Shown: positions 48,724 to 61,735, counted from the first letter of the whole stretch. The stretch: 63,314 bases of DNA, filler included, from Eubacteriales bacterium (GCA_045636665.1; 8 parts of 8 records of this genome joined end to end with filler, not necessarily neighbours in it), one strand, 5' to 3'. Notes: generated from the letters alone by a model not told the origin. Made by a program: numbers and translations.

Positions 48724-49173
48724 ATGGATATTACTGTAATTATCTGGATGTTTACGCTCGGTGCGGCGGTTGCGATGATGATTATGTATTATAACATCCG
48801 TTTTTTGGGTCGACTTGTTCGCAAGCTTATCGAAATTGATGCAACCTCGCCCGAAAGCGCGCTTACGCTTGAGGAAATCAATGTGAAGCTCTCCCCTGCT
48901 TTAAAGCATTCTTTAAGACCGGGCACCAATTTTTCCGAAACCGTTCTTCGCACAGAAGACGGAAGATATTATATCGCACCCGATAAGTTGAGCATGGCAA
49001 AATCGAAATACAGAGGAAAAGACGTTAACCTTGTGTTTATCCTGCTTTCCTTTGTGATGCTTTTGATTTTTGCTTACGTTCTCACGCTCATACTTCCCGA
49101 TATCATCGAGGGTACAAGCGGACAGCTTTCTGACGCCTTTGGCGGAGATAACGGCGGAGGTGAAATTTTATGA
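48724..49173 (+). CDS. Hypothetical membrane protein
   Basis: Two hydrophobic segments; operonic with serS. Confidence 0.6.
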   Translation: MDITVIIWMFTLGAAVAMMIMYYNIRFLGRLVRKLIEIDATSPESALTLEEINVKLSPALKHSLRPGTNFSETVLRTEDGRYYIAPDKLSMAKSKYRGKDVNLVFILLSFVMLLIFAYVLTLILPDIIEGTSGQLSDAFGGDNGGGEIL

Positions 49174-50024
49174 GCAAACGTAAGACCAACCCCATACTTT
49201 TAATTCTTATTGCCGCAGTAATTATGGTGGCGATTACCGTTTCGGTTATCTATCTCTCCGGCGGAAGGTTTTTAACCCTTTCTAATGGCGCAAAGTTCCT
49301 TGGCGAATGGGAAAACGACCAACCGATATCGGGCACTATAAAGTACCAAAACGATACCGAGGCAACGCTTGATTATTTCAACAGAACTATCAGCTATTCA
49401 AACGGTGACGTTTACGTTGGAGAAATCGTTGGTGGCTGCAGACACGGTCACGGTGTTATGAGCTTTGCCGCAACCGGCGATATTTATGAGGGTTATTTCC
49501 AAAACGATGAAATCACCGGAAACGGAGTTTTTAAGTATTCCAACGGTGACGTTTACGAAGGCGGATTTATAAATTCGCAAAAACACGGAACCGGCGTTTT
49601 CACCTATGCTAACGGCAACAGCTATGAAGGCAATTACACTAACGACGTAAGAAGCGGCAAGGGTAAGTTCAAATGGTCTTCGGGCGCTTCTTATGAGGGC
49701 GAATTTGCCAACGATCTCAAAAACGGCTACGGCATTATGACTTATGAAAGCGGTGACCGTTACGAAGGATTTTTTAAGAATGACAAGCGCGACGGTGCTA
49801 AGGGCATTTATATGTGGAGTAACGGCGAACGTTACAACGGCACTTTCCGCAATAATCTTATGGACACTCGCGAAGTTGATTCCGAAGGAAACTTTATTTT
49901 AAACGAGAAGGGCGAATATGTTCACGGCGAAAAAGCCATTTATACCTTTGAAACAGGAAGAACCTATACCGGTTATTTTATCGAAGGTCAGGCTGTCGGC
50001 GTAAACATTACTGAAGGTAATTGA
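49170..50024 (+). CDS. Membrane-anchored MORN repeat protein
   Basis: Repeated GDxYEGxFxNxxxxGxG units. Confidence 0.9.
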   Translation: MSKRKTNPILLILIAAVIMVAITVSVIYLSGGRFLTLSNGAKFLGEWENDQPISGTIKYQNDTEATLDYFNRTISYSNGDVYVGEIVGGCRHGHGVMSFAATGDIYEGYFQNDEITGNGVFKYSNGDVYEGGFINSQKHGTGVFTYANGNSYEGNYTNDVRSGKGKFKWSSGASYEGEFANDLKNGYGIMTYESGDRYEGFFKNDKRDGAKGIYMWSNGERYNGTFRNNLMDTREVDSEGNFILNEKGEYVHGEKAIYTFETGRTYTGYFIEGQAVGVNITEGN

Positions 50025-50025
50025 T

Positions 50026-50880
50026 ATGGCAAACTTTATATTTTCGGCGTTTGCTGATGAAATCGACGCTGATTTTGATAAGCAAATTGAAGGTCTTAAG
50101 GAATTAGGCATCGGTTTAATCGAGCTTCGCGGTGTAGACGGAAAGAGCTTTATTACGTTGACCGATGAAGAGGTTTATTCGGTTAAGGACAAGCTTCAAA
50201 AGAACAACATCGGCATTTCGGCGCTCGGTACCCCCATCGGCAAAATTAACGTAGACGACGATTTTGAAGCGCATAAGCAATTGCTTACACGCATTATGGA
50301 TATTGGCGATATTCTCGGCTGTAAGGTATTGAGAATGTTCAGCTTTTATCCCGCTGACGGTATGAGCGACGAAGAATTCAAGAAGATCGCTTTTGAATAT
50401 ATCGGCGAATTGCTTGATATGGCAGATGAGCGCGGATTTATTCTTTGCCACGAAAACGAAAAGGATATTTTCGGTTGCTCCCCCGAGCGCGAGCTTGAGC
50501 TTATGCAGTATTTCGGCGGACGCCTTAAGGCGGTTTTAGACCCAGGAAACTTCGCTTTCTGCTTTGAAGACGCATCGAAGGGTTATCCCCTTTTGAAGGA
50601 TTATATTCATTACTTCCACATTAAGGATGCGGATGAAAGCGGCGCGATCGTTCCTCCCGGAAAGGGTGTTGCTTGTCTTGAAGAAACACTTAAGGCGGTA
50701 TCGCTTGACAGAGAAAACGAAACCGTTATTCTTACTATGGAACCGCACTTAATGAATTTCACGGGACTTTCAAGTCTTTCCAAGCTTGACGATATTCATC
50801 ACGTTTATTCCTTCGAAACTCCTTTCGAGGCATTTAAAGTAGCCACGGAAGCGGTTAGAGCGATGGTAGCAAAGCTTTGA
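50026..50880 (+). CDS. Sugar phosphate isomerase/epimerase (xylose isomerase-like TIM barrel)
   Basis: SAFADE, HENEK, DPGNF, HIKD, EPHL. Confidence 0.85.
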   Translation: MANFIFSAFADEIDADFDKQIEGLKELGIGLIELRGVDGKSFITLTDEEVYSVKDKLQKNNIGISALGTPIGKINVDDDFEAHKQLLTRIMDIGDILGCKVLRMFSFYPADGMSDEEFKKIAFEYIGELLDMADERGFILCHENEKDIFGCSPERELELMQYFGGRLKAVLDPGNFAFCFEDASKGYPLLKDYIHYFHIKDADESGAIVPPGKGVACLEETLKAVSLDRENETVILTMEPHLMNFTGLSSLSKLDDIHHVYSFETPFEAFKVATEAVRAMVAKL

Positions 50881-52475
50881 AAAATACAATAATTAAATTT
50901 GTCGCGGCAATTGACCGCGCGATAGTCAGCAAGCGCATCTCGCTGTTACTTTGCCTTTTGGCGGGTGCATTGGGTGCGCTTCCCTATTATGTTGAAGAGC
51001 TTTTTATATTTACGTTCATTTCGTTATTTGCGATTTTTTATATTGCGATAAAGCAAAGAAACGAGTATGAAAGTTTTTTCGCGCCGTTTTTTTGGTACTT
51101 TATGGGCTTTTACAGCCCGTTATATCTGTTTTTATCCGAAATGTATCCCTATTCAAGGTTTGGATTTTCGGAAGATCAGGCGGTATTTATTCTCGTTTGC
51201 TCTTGCATCGCCATTCCTTTACTGCACGCTGTGGTAAGCGCATCCGTTTTGCTTCTTGCAAGGTTTTTCAAATCAAGTAAGCTCGATATAATTGGGTATG
51301 CATCGGTTTTTGTTATTAACGAATGGGTTTTATCCTTGGGTATGCTTGCCTTTCCTTGGAGCGGTGTTTCGGTTTCTTTAACGGGATTTCTTCCCTATTT
51401 GCAAACGGCATCGCTTTTCGGGAAGTATTATATCACCTTCATAACCGTGGCGGCATGCTTTGCTTTAGCAAGGGCGGCAATTAATCGAAAGAGATTTTTT
51501 GCGTTGGTTGGCGCTTTGATAGTTGGTGTTAACTTGATTGTTGGAACGACGCTTTGGTTTATTCCTTATGAAAAAAACGCTCCTATCAAGGCTTCCGCAT
51601 TACAAGGCAACGTTTTGTCAAATGAAAAATGGGACAGCGAAAACAAGGGCTCGATTTTTGACATTTACGTCGGTATGACCGAGGATGCGGCAAAAAGCGG
51701 CTCCAAGATAATCGTTTTGCCCGAAACGGCAATACCTACGGCTTTTGTGCCTAACGGTATAATTCATAAAGAGCTTGCTAATATCGCAAAAGAATACGAC
51801 GTTACGATAATTTCGGGCGTACATTATTATGGCGACAAAAACAAATATAACGCAGTAATTGCAATACTTCCCGACGGTACACTTTCGGATAGGTACGATA
51901 AACGTCACCTTGTTCCTTTCGGCGAATTTATTCCTTTTGCAGATTTCATTGGTGAGATGCTACCCTTTGTGGGTGAATTCAACGAGGGCACAAGCGACTT
52001 GACCGAGGGTAAAGAACCAATCGTAATCGATACCGAATTCGGCGGTGTTGCGCCGCTGGTTTGCTTTGATTCGATATTCCCCGAATTTTCACGCGAGGCG
52101 GTCGATAACGGCGCCGAAATGATTGCAATTGTAACGAACGACAGTTGGTTTAACGACAGCGTTGGTATTTACACGCATTTAAGACACGCACAGCTTCGCG
52201 CAATTGAAAACCGACGTTACGTTATGCGTGCGGCAAACACAGGTGTTTCGGCATTTATCGACGAGCGAGGAAGAGTAATTACTTATACCGAGCCGTTGAC
52301 CAAGGATATCGCCGACTGTGAAATTTTTGCAATCGAATCAACAACGCTTTACACTACGGTAGGCGATGTATTTCTTTACGTTTCGTTTATCATTATCATT
52401 TGCTTTGCTATTTACAGTATTTATGATAAATTAAGGAGAAGATTAAATGGAAATTATTCAACTTCACAGCAATGA
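50877..52475 (+). CDS. lnt: Apolipoprotein N-acyltransferase
   Basis: Multi-TM N-domain, FPW, QGN, PETA (E), YDKRHLVPFGE (K), LVCFDS (C), TNDSWF, RAANTGVS. Confidence 0.9.
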   Translation: MKNTIIKFVAAIDRAIVSKRISLLLCLLAGALGALPYYVEELFIFTFISLFAIFYIAIKQRNEYESFFAPFFWYFMGFYSPLYLFLSEMYPYSRFGFSEDQAVFILVCSCIAIPLLHAVVSASVLLLARFFKSSKLDIIGYASVFVINEWVLSLGMLAFPWSGVSVSLTGFLPYLQTASLFGKYYITFITVAACFALARAAINRKRFFALVGALIVGVNLIVGTTLWFIPYEKNAPIKASALQGNVLSNEKWDSENKGSIFDIYVGMTEDAAKSGSKIIVLPETAIPTAFVPNGIIHKELANIAKEYDVTIISGVHYYGDKNKYNAVIAILPDGTLSDRYDKRHLVPFGEFIPFADFIGEMLPFVGEFNEGTSDLTEGKEPIVIDTEFGGVAPLVCFDSIFPEFSREAVDNGAEMIAIVTNDSWFNDSVGIYTHLRHAQLRAIENRRYVMRAANTGVSAFIDERGRVITYTEPLTKDIADCEIFAIESTTLYTTVGDVFLYVSFIIIICFAIYSIYDKLRRRLNGNYSTSQQ

Positions 52476-52964
52476 AATTTATGACGGCGCGACAACCATT
52501 ACCATGGAATTGATGATCCACCGTGTATCGCCCGAGCTTACCAAGGGCAGAAGACCTGCAATGGTCGTATTCCCCGGCGGCGGTTATCAGTTCACTTCCG
52601 ACAGAGAAGCAGAACCGATTGCAAGTGCTTATTTTGCAGAGGGTTATAACACCTTTACGGTTAGATATATCACCGGCGACCGCGCAAAGGTTGCAAATCC
52701 GCTTCTTGATGCGGCTGCCGCTATTGCTCACATAAGAATGAATGCCGAAAAATATTGTATCGACCCCGACAAGATTGCCGTTATCGGATTTTCCGCAGGC
52801 GGACATCTTGCAGGATTTATTGCAACACAATGGCATCTTCCCTTCGTTTCGGAAAAATTGGGCATTGATAACGAATTATGTAAACCTAACGCCGCAATTC
52901 TTTCCTACCCCGTTGTTACACAAAACGTTCCTACTCACGAGGGCTCCTTTAACTACCTTTTGGG
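52447..52964 (+). CDS. Alpha/beta hydrolase (esterase), 3'-truncated
   Basis: PGGGY; GFSAGGH nucleophile motif; LSYPV. Confidence 0.85.
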
Positions 52965-53064
52965 NNNNNNNNNNNNNNNNNNNNNNNNNNNNNNNNNNNN
53001 NNNNNNNNTTAATTAATTAANNNNNNNNNNNNNNNNNNNNNNNNNNNNNNNNNNNNNNNNNNNN

Positions 53065-53536
53065 CAACTTCAAATTCTTTGCCGTCGTTGGAAATTGCAA
53101 CTTCAACAGTCATATTAGCACAGCCGATACCTTGGCCGAGACCGGAGGAGCCGAGATAAATAGCTGCCTCTGTAATGTCGGTTGCTGCGCCGAGATCAAC
53201 AGTGATCCAGGAGTAACCGGTTGCTTTGTAATCGGGAGCGTTGTGGTTCCAACCTGCCCAAACTGCATCATCGTATGCAACATCAGTTGCAGCGATAACG
53301 CCGTCGGTCATGGTGATACCGTCTTCATCGGGGTAAGCAACAGGTGCGTTTGCATCCCAACCCCAATTTACATCCCTACCGCCTTGGCGGAACATTTGGG
53401 AAACGGTATAGCTCTTGCCGAGTGCTACGTTGGTAGCTTCTTCTTCGGCAAAGGCAAGAAACGTGAAAGAGCTGAGCAACATAGCGCAAACTAAGAGCAG
53501 GCTCAACAGTTTCCTGAACGAGAATTTTTGTTCCAT
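53065..53536 (-). CDS. Secreted discoidin-domain protein, 3'-truncated
   Basis: AGGAGG RBS, signal peptide, NVALGKSY, TDG, ITVDLG, ISNDG. Confidence 0.75.
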
Positions 53537-53887
53537 AATTTCCTCCTTATTTTTTACAAGGATTTTCGGCCGTTTCCACAAAGCTTGGAACTTGCTTTGC
53601 TGCTGTTGCCGAAAACGCCTTATTTCTTTCGCCAAACAATATCGGCGATTTTAGTGGTAATATGATAACACACTTTTTACAACTTTGCAATAGTTTTTTG
53701 ACATTTATTACAAAAAAATATTTCTGCGATATAATCCCAAGGTAATATTTGAACAAAAATTGCAAAAAACATTTTTTTGTTGTCGTTTTCAACAAATATT
53801 AACAATTTGTTTTTTACACTTCTCACAAAGAAAAAAAGGAAGACCGCAAAAAGTCTTCCTTTTATATTTATATATAATACACAACCG

Positions 53888-54880
<993 letters not shown>

Positions 54881-54984
54881 CTNNNNNNNNNNNNNNNNNN
54901 NNNNNNNNNNNNNNNNNNNNNNNNNNTTAATTAATTAANNNNNNNNNNNNNNNNNNNNNNNNNNNNNNNNNNNNNNNNNNNNCC

Positions 54985-55983
54985 TTGTCGGCAGAGGAAG
55001 GTGCGGCTGACGAAAACGGGCTTGTAAAATACACCGTTTCGGGCGTATTTATGGAGCCGACTTTTGATATCAGCGACGGCAACGGAAACAATGTGTCTTA
55101 TGTTGTTAAAAACTACAGGGTTATACCCGAGTATTATGATTATACGCTTACCATTCCCAATACACTTACGGTAAAGGTTAACGGCACTGTTGACGAAGGC
55201 ACCGCACGCGAAAACAATCTTGTTTTCCATGAGATCCGTTCTCTGCAAAAACCCGACGTCGTTATTACCGATATGTTCGGCAACAGCGTTTTCTACGAGG
55301 GCAAGGGACTTGATCTGACATATATGACTATCCTCGCTCCCGACAGTTTTTCGGTCAAATACAAAGGCGGCGAACTCCCCGAGGGCGTATCTAAAACCCT
55401 TGTAAATCCCGATTTTGAATCTCTTGTCGGTTTGGTAGACGGTTTGCCGAATCAGGTCGAATATAATATAGCTATTCTTGAAAAGGACGCCGATATAGCG
55501 GTTTATGACTCTAACGGAAATACCGTTGAGCTTGATGCAAACGAAAAATCTCACAATCTTATGAACGTCGAGGTTCTTCAGGAGGTGCCTGCCGAGATCG
55601 CGGCGGAAATCAACGTTTTGGAGGTTGCGCAGAACTGGAGTCTGTATATGAGTAACGACTTTAGCTTTGCCAATATCTCCAAATTGATGTTGCCGAACTC
55701 CAAGCAGTACAAGGTTGCAAAAGATTATTCTACCAGTATAGACAGAACCTTCTTCTCGAATCACATTTTGTTGGATCCCGCTTTTACCGAAAATAAGGTG
55801 AGCAATTTCACATGGATAACAGAAGACAGTTTTTCGGTACAGGTAAGTTTTGTAAAGCACATGAAGCTTACAAGAACCGGTCAGTTTAAAGACGATGCTA
55901 TGAACGACCGTTTCTACTTTGTTCGCAGCAATGGCAAATGGTTGCTTGCCGCGTTGAAGGAGGTAGTAGTTGATGGACAATAA
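54985..55983 (+). CDS. Hypothetical surface protein, 5'-truncated
   Basis: Open frame from the gap; no recognised motif. Confidence 0.6.
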   Translation: MSAEEGAADENGLVKYTVSGVFMEPTFDISDGNGNNVSYVVKNYRVIPEYYDYTLTIPNTLTVKVNGTVDEGTARENNLVFHEIRSLQKPDVVITDMFGNSVFYEGKGLDLTYMTILAPDSFSVKYKGGELPEGVSKTLVNPDFESLVGLVDGLPNQVEYNIAILEKDADIAVYDSNGNTVELDANEKSHNLMNVEVLQEVPAEIAAEINVLEVAQNWSLYMSNDFSFANISKLMLPNSKQYKVAKDYSTSIDRTFFSNHILLDPAFTENKVSNFTWITEDSFSVQVSFVKHMKLTRTGQFKDDAMNDRFYFVRSNGKWLLAALKEVVVDGQ

Positions 55984-56823
55984 TTTGAATAACACCGATA
56001 ACACCCAAAACCGCACCGCCAAAAAGGCGTCCGGAAACAAAAAGTCCAAATCAAACGGTGTTGAAATGGCAAAAAAGGTGGGCAAGATATTGCTCAAAGT
56101 CGGCGCATTCGTAGGCACCTTCCTTGTTGCAGTTGTTATTGTTTTGGCAATAGCGATCAAGATGATATGCTCGGATGCTTTCCCCTCTGCACAGCAGATG
56201 TTTGTAACCACTGTTTTGGAAACAGGTCAGTTCAAATTTCTTGCTTCGATCTTCCTCTCTTCCGAAGAGATTCAGGAAATTGTTGACCGCAACTCCATGA
56301 AAGAACTTAATGCCGAGGTAGATACCGACCTCATCCAGATCGGCGGTTCGGGCAACATTGATATCGGCGGCAGCGGCTCGGGCGAGCAAAAGGATATTGA
56401 GGTTATAGAGGTCAGCGGTGCAACATACACCGGCACCCTGATGATAGTAAAAGACCCCTCCAGAGTTACCCTTGCGTCGATCTATCCTTGGAAAGCAAAC
56501 GGTATAACCTTGGATGAACTTGTCAACTCAAACGGCGCTATCGCAGGTATAAACGGCGGTCTTTACGATTCTAACAACAACACGGGCGGCAGACCTTACG
56601 GTGTTCTTGTTTCCAACGGCGAAATACAGCATAACAGACCGACAGAGTGGCCGGGTTTGGTTATGGTAGGATTCACCGAGGATAATATTTTGCAGATCAT
56701 CGATGTTTCCAAAATGACCTCGGCACAGTGCGAACAGCTTATTAAAGATAAGAAGATCCGCGACGCCGTTACCTTCCAAGAGGAATCCAGCGATGCCAAC
56801 AACCATTTCGTTCAGCTTATAAT
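55973..56823 (+). CDS. Phosphodiester glycosidase (NAGPA-like) family protein, 3'-truncated
   Basis: TM anchor; VKDPSRV, AGINGG, G..VSNG; ends in adapter sequence. Confidence 0.7.
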
Positions 56824-56845
56824 AAGTCGGAGGCCAAGCGGTCTT
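56824..56845. other. MGI adapter remnant (another at 43143-43153)
   Basis: AAGTCGGAGGCCAAGCGGTCTT; 43143 CGATCCGACTT is the reverse complement of AAGTCGGATCG. Confidence 0.9.
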
Positions 56846-56947
56846 NNNNNNNNNNNNNNNNNNNNNNNNNNNNNNNNNNNNNNNNNNNNTTAATTAATTA
56901 ANNNNNNNNNNNNNNNNNNNNNNNNNNNNNNNNNNNNNNNNNNNNCA

Positions 56948-59918
56948 TATAGAGTAAAGAGCGGTCCTACCGTCGACTTTGGCGAAGCAAAATCCTTCGA
57001 ACAGTACAAGGACGGCGAAAAGGACATTCAGCTTTGGTTCTCTGTTTCTCCCGAAAGCCTAAATAAGTTTATTGCGGAAAACCGCAATTTGACTATGACT
57101 TACGTGTTTGACTGGGATGGGGACGCTATCTATGAGCAGACTGTTGAATTTTCGGTTAAACCCAGCGCAAGCATTGTGCTTATGAAGGGCGACGAGCAGT
57201 GTTATCCTCCTGCCGGCACGGTCAATCCTTTAACCGGCGGTACGGTAACCGGAAACGGAACAGATGAGGTCAACGTGATTATCGATGACGTAACTCTTCA
57301 GTGGGTAGAGGGCAACTCGCTCCGCGCTGAAGGCTGGTGGGTCGGTATCGACGTCATCGCACCCGAGGGATATTCGGCAGACGCTACATATAAAGTAAAG
57401 AGCGGTCCTACCGTCGACTTTGGTGAAGCAAAATCCTTTGAACAGTTCAAAGACGGCGAAAGGGATATTCAGCTTTGGTTCTCTGTTTCTCCCGCAAGTC
57501 TGAATAAGTTTATTGCGGAAAACCGTAATTTAACAATGACTTATGTGTTCGATTGGGACGGAAACGGAATTTACGATCAGACGATCGTGTTCTCTGTAGA
57601 TCCCAAGGGCAGCATTGTTCTCAAAAAGGGCACGGTACAGCATTATCCCGAGCAAGGTAACGTAACCGGTTATACCGGTGGAACTGTTTCGGGCAACAGA
57701 ACCGGTGACGTTTCGGTAGTTATCGATGAAGTTGTGCTTCAGTGGTCTCCTGCCGACAGCACCATCGGTCGCAATCAAGACGGTTGGTGGGTTGGTATTA
57801 AGGTGGAAGCTCCCTCCGGTTACGGCGCCGATATTTTGAAGAATGCAAAATATCAGGTAAAGAGCAATCCTGCTATCAGCTGGGACGATATTACCGAGAT
57901 CAAGAGCTTCTGGTCTAACAAGGACTCGAAGGACGGAGCAAAAACTCACTATATACAATTGTGGTTCCCTGTAACACCTGCATCTCTTGAAAAATTCAAG
58001 AACGAGAACCGCAATATCACCATGGTATATAGATTCAATTGGGACGGCGAGGGTGAATATGATCAAATCGTTACGTTCAGCGTTGTCCCCAGCGAAAAGA
58101 TCGTGCTCACTAAGGTCGAGCAGGATGGATTCGAATTCGCAGATCAAAACCCTGCTGATAAATGGGTAGGCAATACCTATACCAACGTTGCAAACGGCGG
58201 TAAAGGTACGGGTGCAGTAACTTACGTCATTACCGAAGGTGCGGACGTTGCGGATATCAATGCCGAAACCGGCGAGTTGACCTTTAAGAAGCTCGGAACA
58301 GTTAAGGTTACTGCTATTAAAGCTGCTGACGATACTTATGCGGAAGCAAGAGCAACCTATACCGTAAAATCCATTAAGTACGACCAAGCGGAATTTAAGT
58401 TTGAAAACTCTAATTCCGATATCACCGTCGGTTTCGCGGACGGTAGCTTCACCAACGTCGCTATCGGCGGCAGCGGTGAAGGAGAAGTGACTTATTCTAT
58501 CGTCGCAGGTGACGAGTTCGCTGCTATCGATGCAGTTACCGGTAAGCTTACCTTTATCAAGGCGGGCGAAGTAACGGTTGAAGCGAAAAAAGCGGCAGAC
58601 AATAATTATAATGAAATCACCGCGACATATACTATCACGATAGAAAAATCTGCACAAGAGGCGCTTGAATTCGAAACCTCTTGCACTGAGACTGTAATTT
58701 ATAACCCTAATGCCCAAAAGGTTCTTCCTGCAGTAATGGGCGGCAGCGGTAACGGTAAAATCACATATTCTATCTATGAAGGACAGGAATACGCAACAAT
58801 AGATCCCGAGACGGGTATGATTAAAACCGTAAAGACCGGCGGAAGATTCGTTGTTATGGTTACAAAGGCCGAAGATGACGGCTACTTGGGGGCGACCTTG
58901 TATAGCGAAGCTATATACGTGGAGCTTGCAGACCAGGATGGCTTTGGTTTCAGGGTCGAAGATTCCTCGATGACCTTCAACGATAATGGTAACAAGTTTA
59001 CCAACGTTGCAAACGGCGGTCAAAGTGTCGGAGAAATCACCTATGCATTTGCCGATGCTGCATCCGACGATATCGCGGATATCGATCCCGTTACCGGCGA
59101 AATTTCAGTTCTTGCCTCCGGTGTGATCAAGGTTATCGCTACAAAAGCAGGCGACGAATATTATAATCCCGCCACTGCACAGTACGTGCTTAGCGTTGAA
59201 AAGGATACTCCCGAATTCACCATTGGAGATGTTGATCTTGTATACGGTGCAACCGAGTATCAAATAAACGTTAATACCGTGCTTGGCGGCTCCGGCAAGT
59301 ATGTTTACACCATTGAAGGTGCCAATAACATCGGTGCTTCGGTAGATGAAAATGGTAAAGTAACTTTCGTTAACTCTGACGAAAAGGTCGGCACTATTAA
59401 TATTAAGGTAAGAAAAGAAGCTGACGATCAGTACGTTGAGTCCGAAACAACCTTTACGCTGACCGTTTCTTATCACGAAACGACCGCAAAGCCCGAGCTT
59501 TCCGGAACTAAAATTAACGATTCCGGCTGGTATACCGACAAGGTTGATATTCTTGCTCCGGAAGGGTATTTGATCAGCTACAAAAACGGCTTGACCGATA
59601 CGGCTTGGAGCGAATCGGTTCAATTTAGTAACGAAGGAATCAATACTGCATATGTGTTCTTGAAGAAGGGCAACGAAATTACCGATGCTATAGCTGTTGA
59701 GAATATCAAGATCGATACCGTCGCTCCTTCTGTAACTATCGATTACGATAGCGAAACTTTCTGGGAAAATATTCTCGAAACCATCACTTTCGGCATTTAT
59801 ACCGCCGATGAGGTTATGGTTACTCTCACCGCCAGCGATGCAACCTCAGACGTTGATTATATAACGTACAACATCGGCGGCGACGATATCATAGTTAAGA
59901 ACGATAAAGAAAAATCGA
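56948..59918 (+). CDS. Large repetitive surface protein with Ig-like (Big_2-like) repeats, truncated at both ends
   Basis: Open frame across the whole contig; GG.G.G.VTY...A.ID..TG.LT...G.V.V.A.KA.D..Y repeats. Confidence 0.8.
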
Positions 59919-60018
59919 NNNNNNNNNNNNNNNNNNNNNNNNNNNNNNNNNNNNNNNNNNNNTTAATTAATTAANNNNNNNNNNNNNNNNNNNNNNNNNN
60001 NNNNNNNNNNNNNNNNNN

Positions 60019-60636
60019 GCCGTCGATGGTCTTGGGACAGCCGATAACCTGAACGCCTGCATTGTTAGCTGCGAAGTATTCAGCCAAAACAGCCGCGTTG
60101 GTGTTGGAGTCGTCGCCGCCGATGATTACGATTGCGTTGATGCCGTGCTTCTTGCAAACCTCTGCAACGATTGCAAACTGTTCTTCGGTTTCGAGCTTGG
60201 TTCTGCCCGAGCCGATAATATCAAAGCCGCCGGTGTTGCGATATTGATTGATATATTCGTCATCGAAAATGATATAGTCGTCTTCCAAAAGACCGGAGGG
60301 GCCGCCCTTGAAGCCGTAAAGAACGTTGTTCTTGTCGGTTGCCTTCAAAGCGTCGTACAAGCCGCAGATAACGTTGTGTCCGCCGGGAGCCTGACCGCCC
60401 GAAAGGATAACGCCAACCTTCTGAGTCTTAGCTTCAGCGGTGTTGGTACCTTTTTGGAAGGTGATTTCGTTCTTGCCGTAGGTGTTGGGGAACAACGCCT
60501 TGATCTTTTCCTGATCCGCTACACTTTCGGTAGGCGCGCCGTTCTTAACGCAAATTTCGGAAATGCCGTTTCTGAGCATACCGGGCAATTTGGGTGCATA
60601 TTGGTATCTTGCAGTTTGAAGAGGGGAAAGTTTCAT
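60019..60636 (-). CDS. pfp: PPi-dependent phosphofructokinase, 3'-truncated
   Basis: [23 protein letters not shown]. Confidence 0.93.
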
Positions 60637-60823
60637 TAAAATGACACTCCTTATTCTTGATATATATTCAAAATCGATATATTATACCCCATTTAAAAAC
60701 AAAAGTAAATAGGATTTTACATTTTTACCGCAAATTTAAAGGTTTTTAGGCACTACACAGCTTTAAACTCAACAAAAAGCACCGCCGAGGAGTTTATTCT
60801 CGGCGGCATCTTGCTATCTATTA

Positions 60824-61708
60824 TTAATATGTAAGCATCTCGGTGTTATTCTCGGAATATTCTATCTCCTCCGAAATAACACTTGCCAAGACCGCAATAT
60901 CGTTTATGGTTTCCGCCCTTTGCGAAGCGATAAGCGACGATAACAACCGTTCGCAGAACAGACAAAACGCCAATCGGGCACGGAAATCGTCATAATCAAA
61001 CGCTTCGGTACAATGGCGGTAAACGAAATATGCCAAAGCCCTTTCCAAGCATTCGTCCCAACCGACCGCGCGCTTTTTATCCGAGTAATTCATAAATAAT
61101 TCTCGGTGCGATTCGTCAAGATACTCCAAGGAATCGATTATTTCCAACCAAACGCAATCGTCAACCGAATCTATTCCGTAATCGAAACAAATCCTTTTAA
61201 TTCTCGCTTGATAATCAAGCCTTGTGTCGCGCAATATCGCAAAAACCCTTTCGCGCTCAAGCCGTCCGTTAAAGGTCAAACACAAATCCTCGGCATCTGT
61301 TTGTCCGATTTCTTCCATAATGCAATAATTCGGTGACGAAAGTATCAGCCTCGCCGCCTCGCGGCAGGACATACCCAACCCCACCTCGGCAACGTCGGTG
61401 TAATTGTAAAAGCGCGGATGCTCACGGCAAATGCCGCAAAGATAATCCTCGCCGACCTCAAGTATTATCCTGCACAAGCCCCTCTCGTCAAGATGCGGAC
61501 ATCTGTCCCTCTCGCAAAGCTTAAAATGCGGCGCGCCGTCAAACGAAATACTGTCGGCAATGCTCTTGCCGTAACCGCATTCAAGCGCTTTGTATCTTTC
61601 AAGGGTATCGTCATCAATGTCGATTTCCCAGCCGATACAACAGCTATGCTCGCATTTATCCGCGATACATATAAACTTTTTGTAATATTCGGGTGCGTAA
61701 AGCTTCAT
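60824..61708 (-). CDS. FliB-like (flagellin lysine-N-methylase family) Cys-cluster protein
   Basis: F.CIA..C.HSCC.GW.I.ID; CP.L...GLC.I; C..HPR; SC.EAA. Confidence 0.8.
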   Translation of the reverse strand: MKLYAPEYYKKFICIADKCEHSCCIGWEIDIDDDTLERYKALECGYGKSIADSISFDGAPHFKLCERDRCPHLDERGLCRIILEVGEDYLCGICREHPRFYNYTDVAEVGLGMSCREAARLILSSPNYCIMEEIGQTDAEDLCLTFNGRLERERVFAILRDTRLDYQARIKRICFDYGIDSVDDCVWLEIIDSLEYLDESHRELFMNYSDKKRAVGWDECLERALAYFVYRHCTEAFDYDDFRARLAFCLFCERLLSSLIASQRAETINDIAVLASVISEEIEYSENNTEMLTY

Positions 61709-61735
61709 AATATACGCCTTTTCATTATTTTCTCA

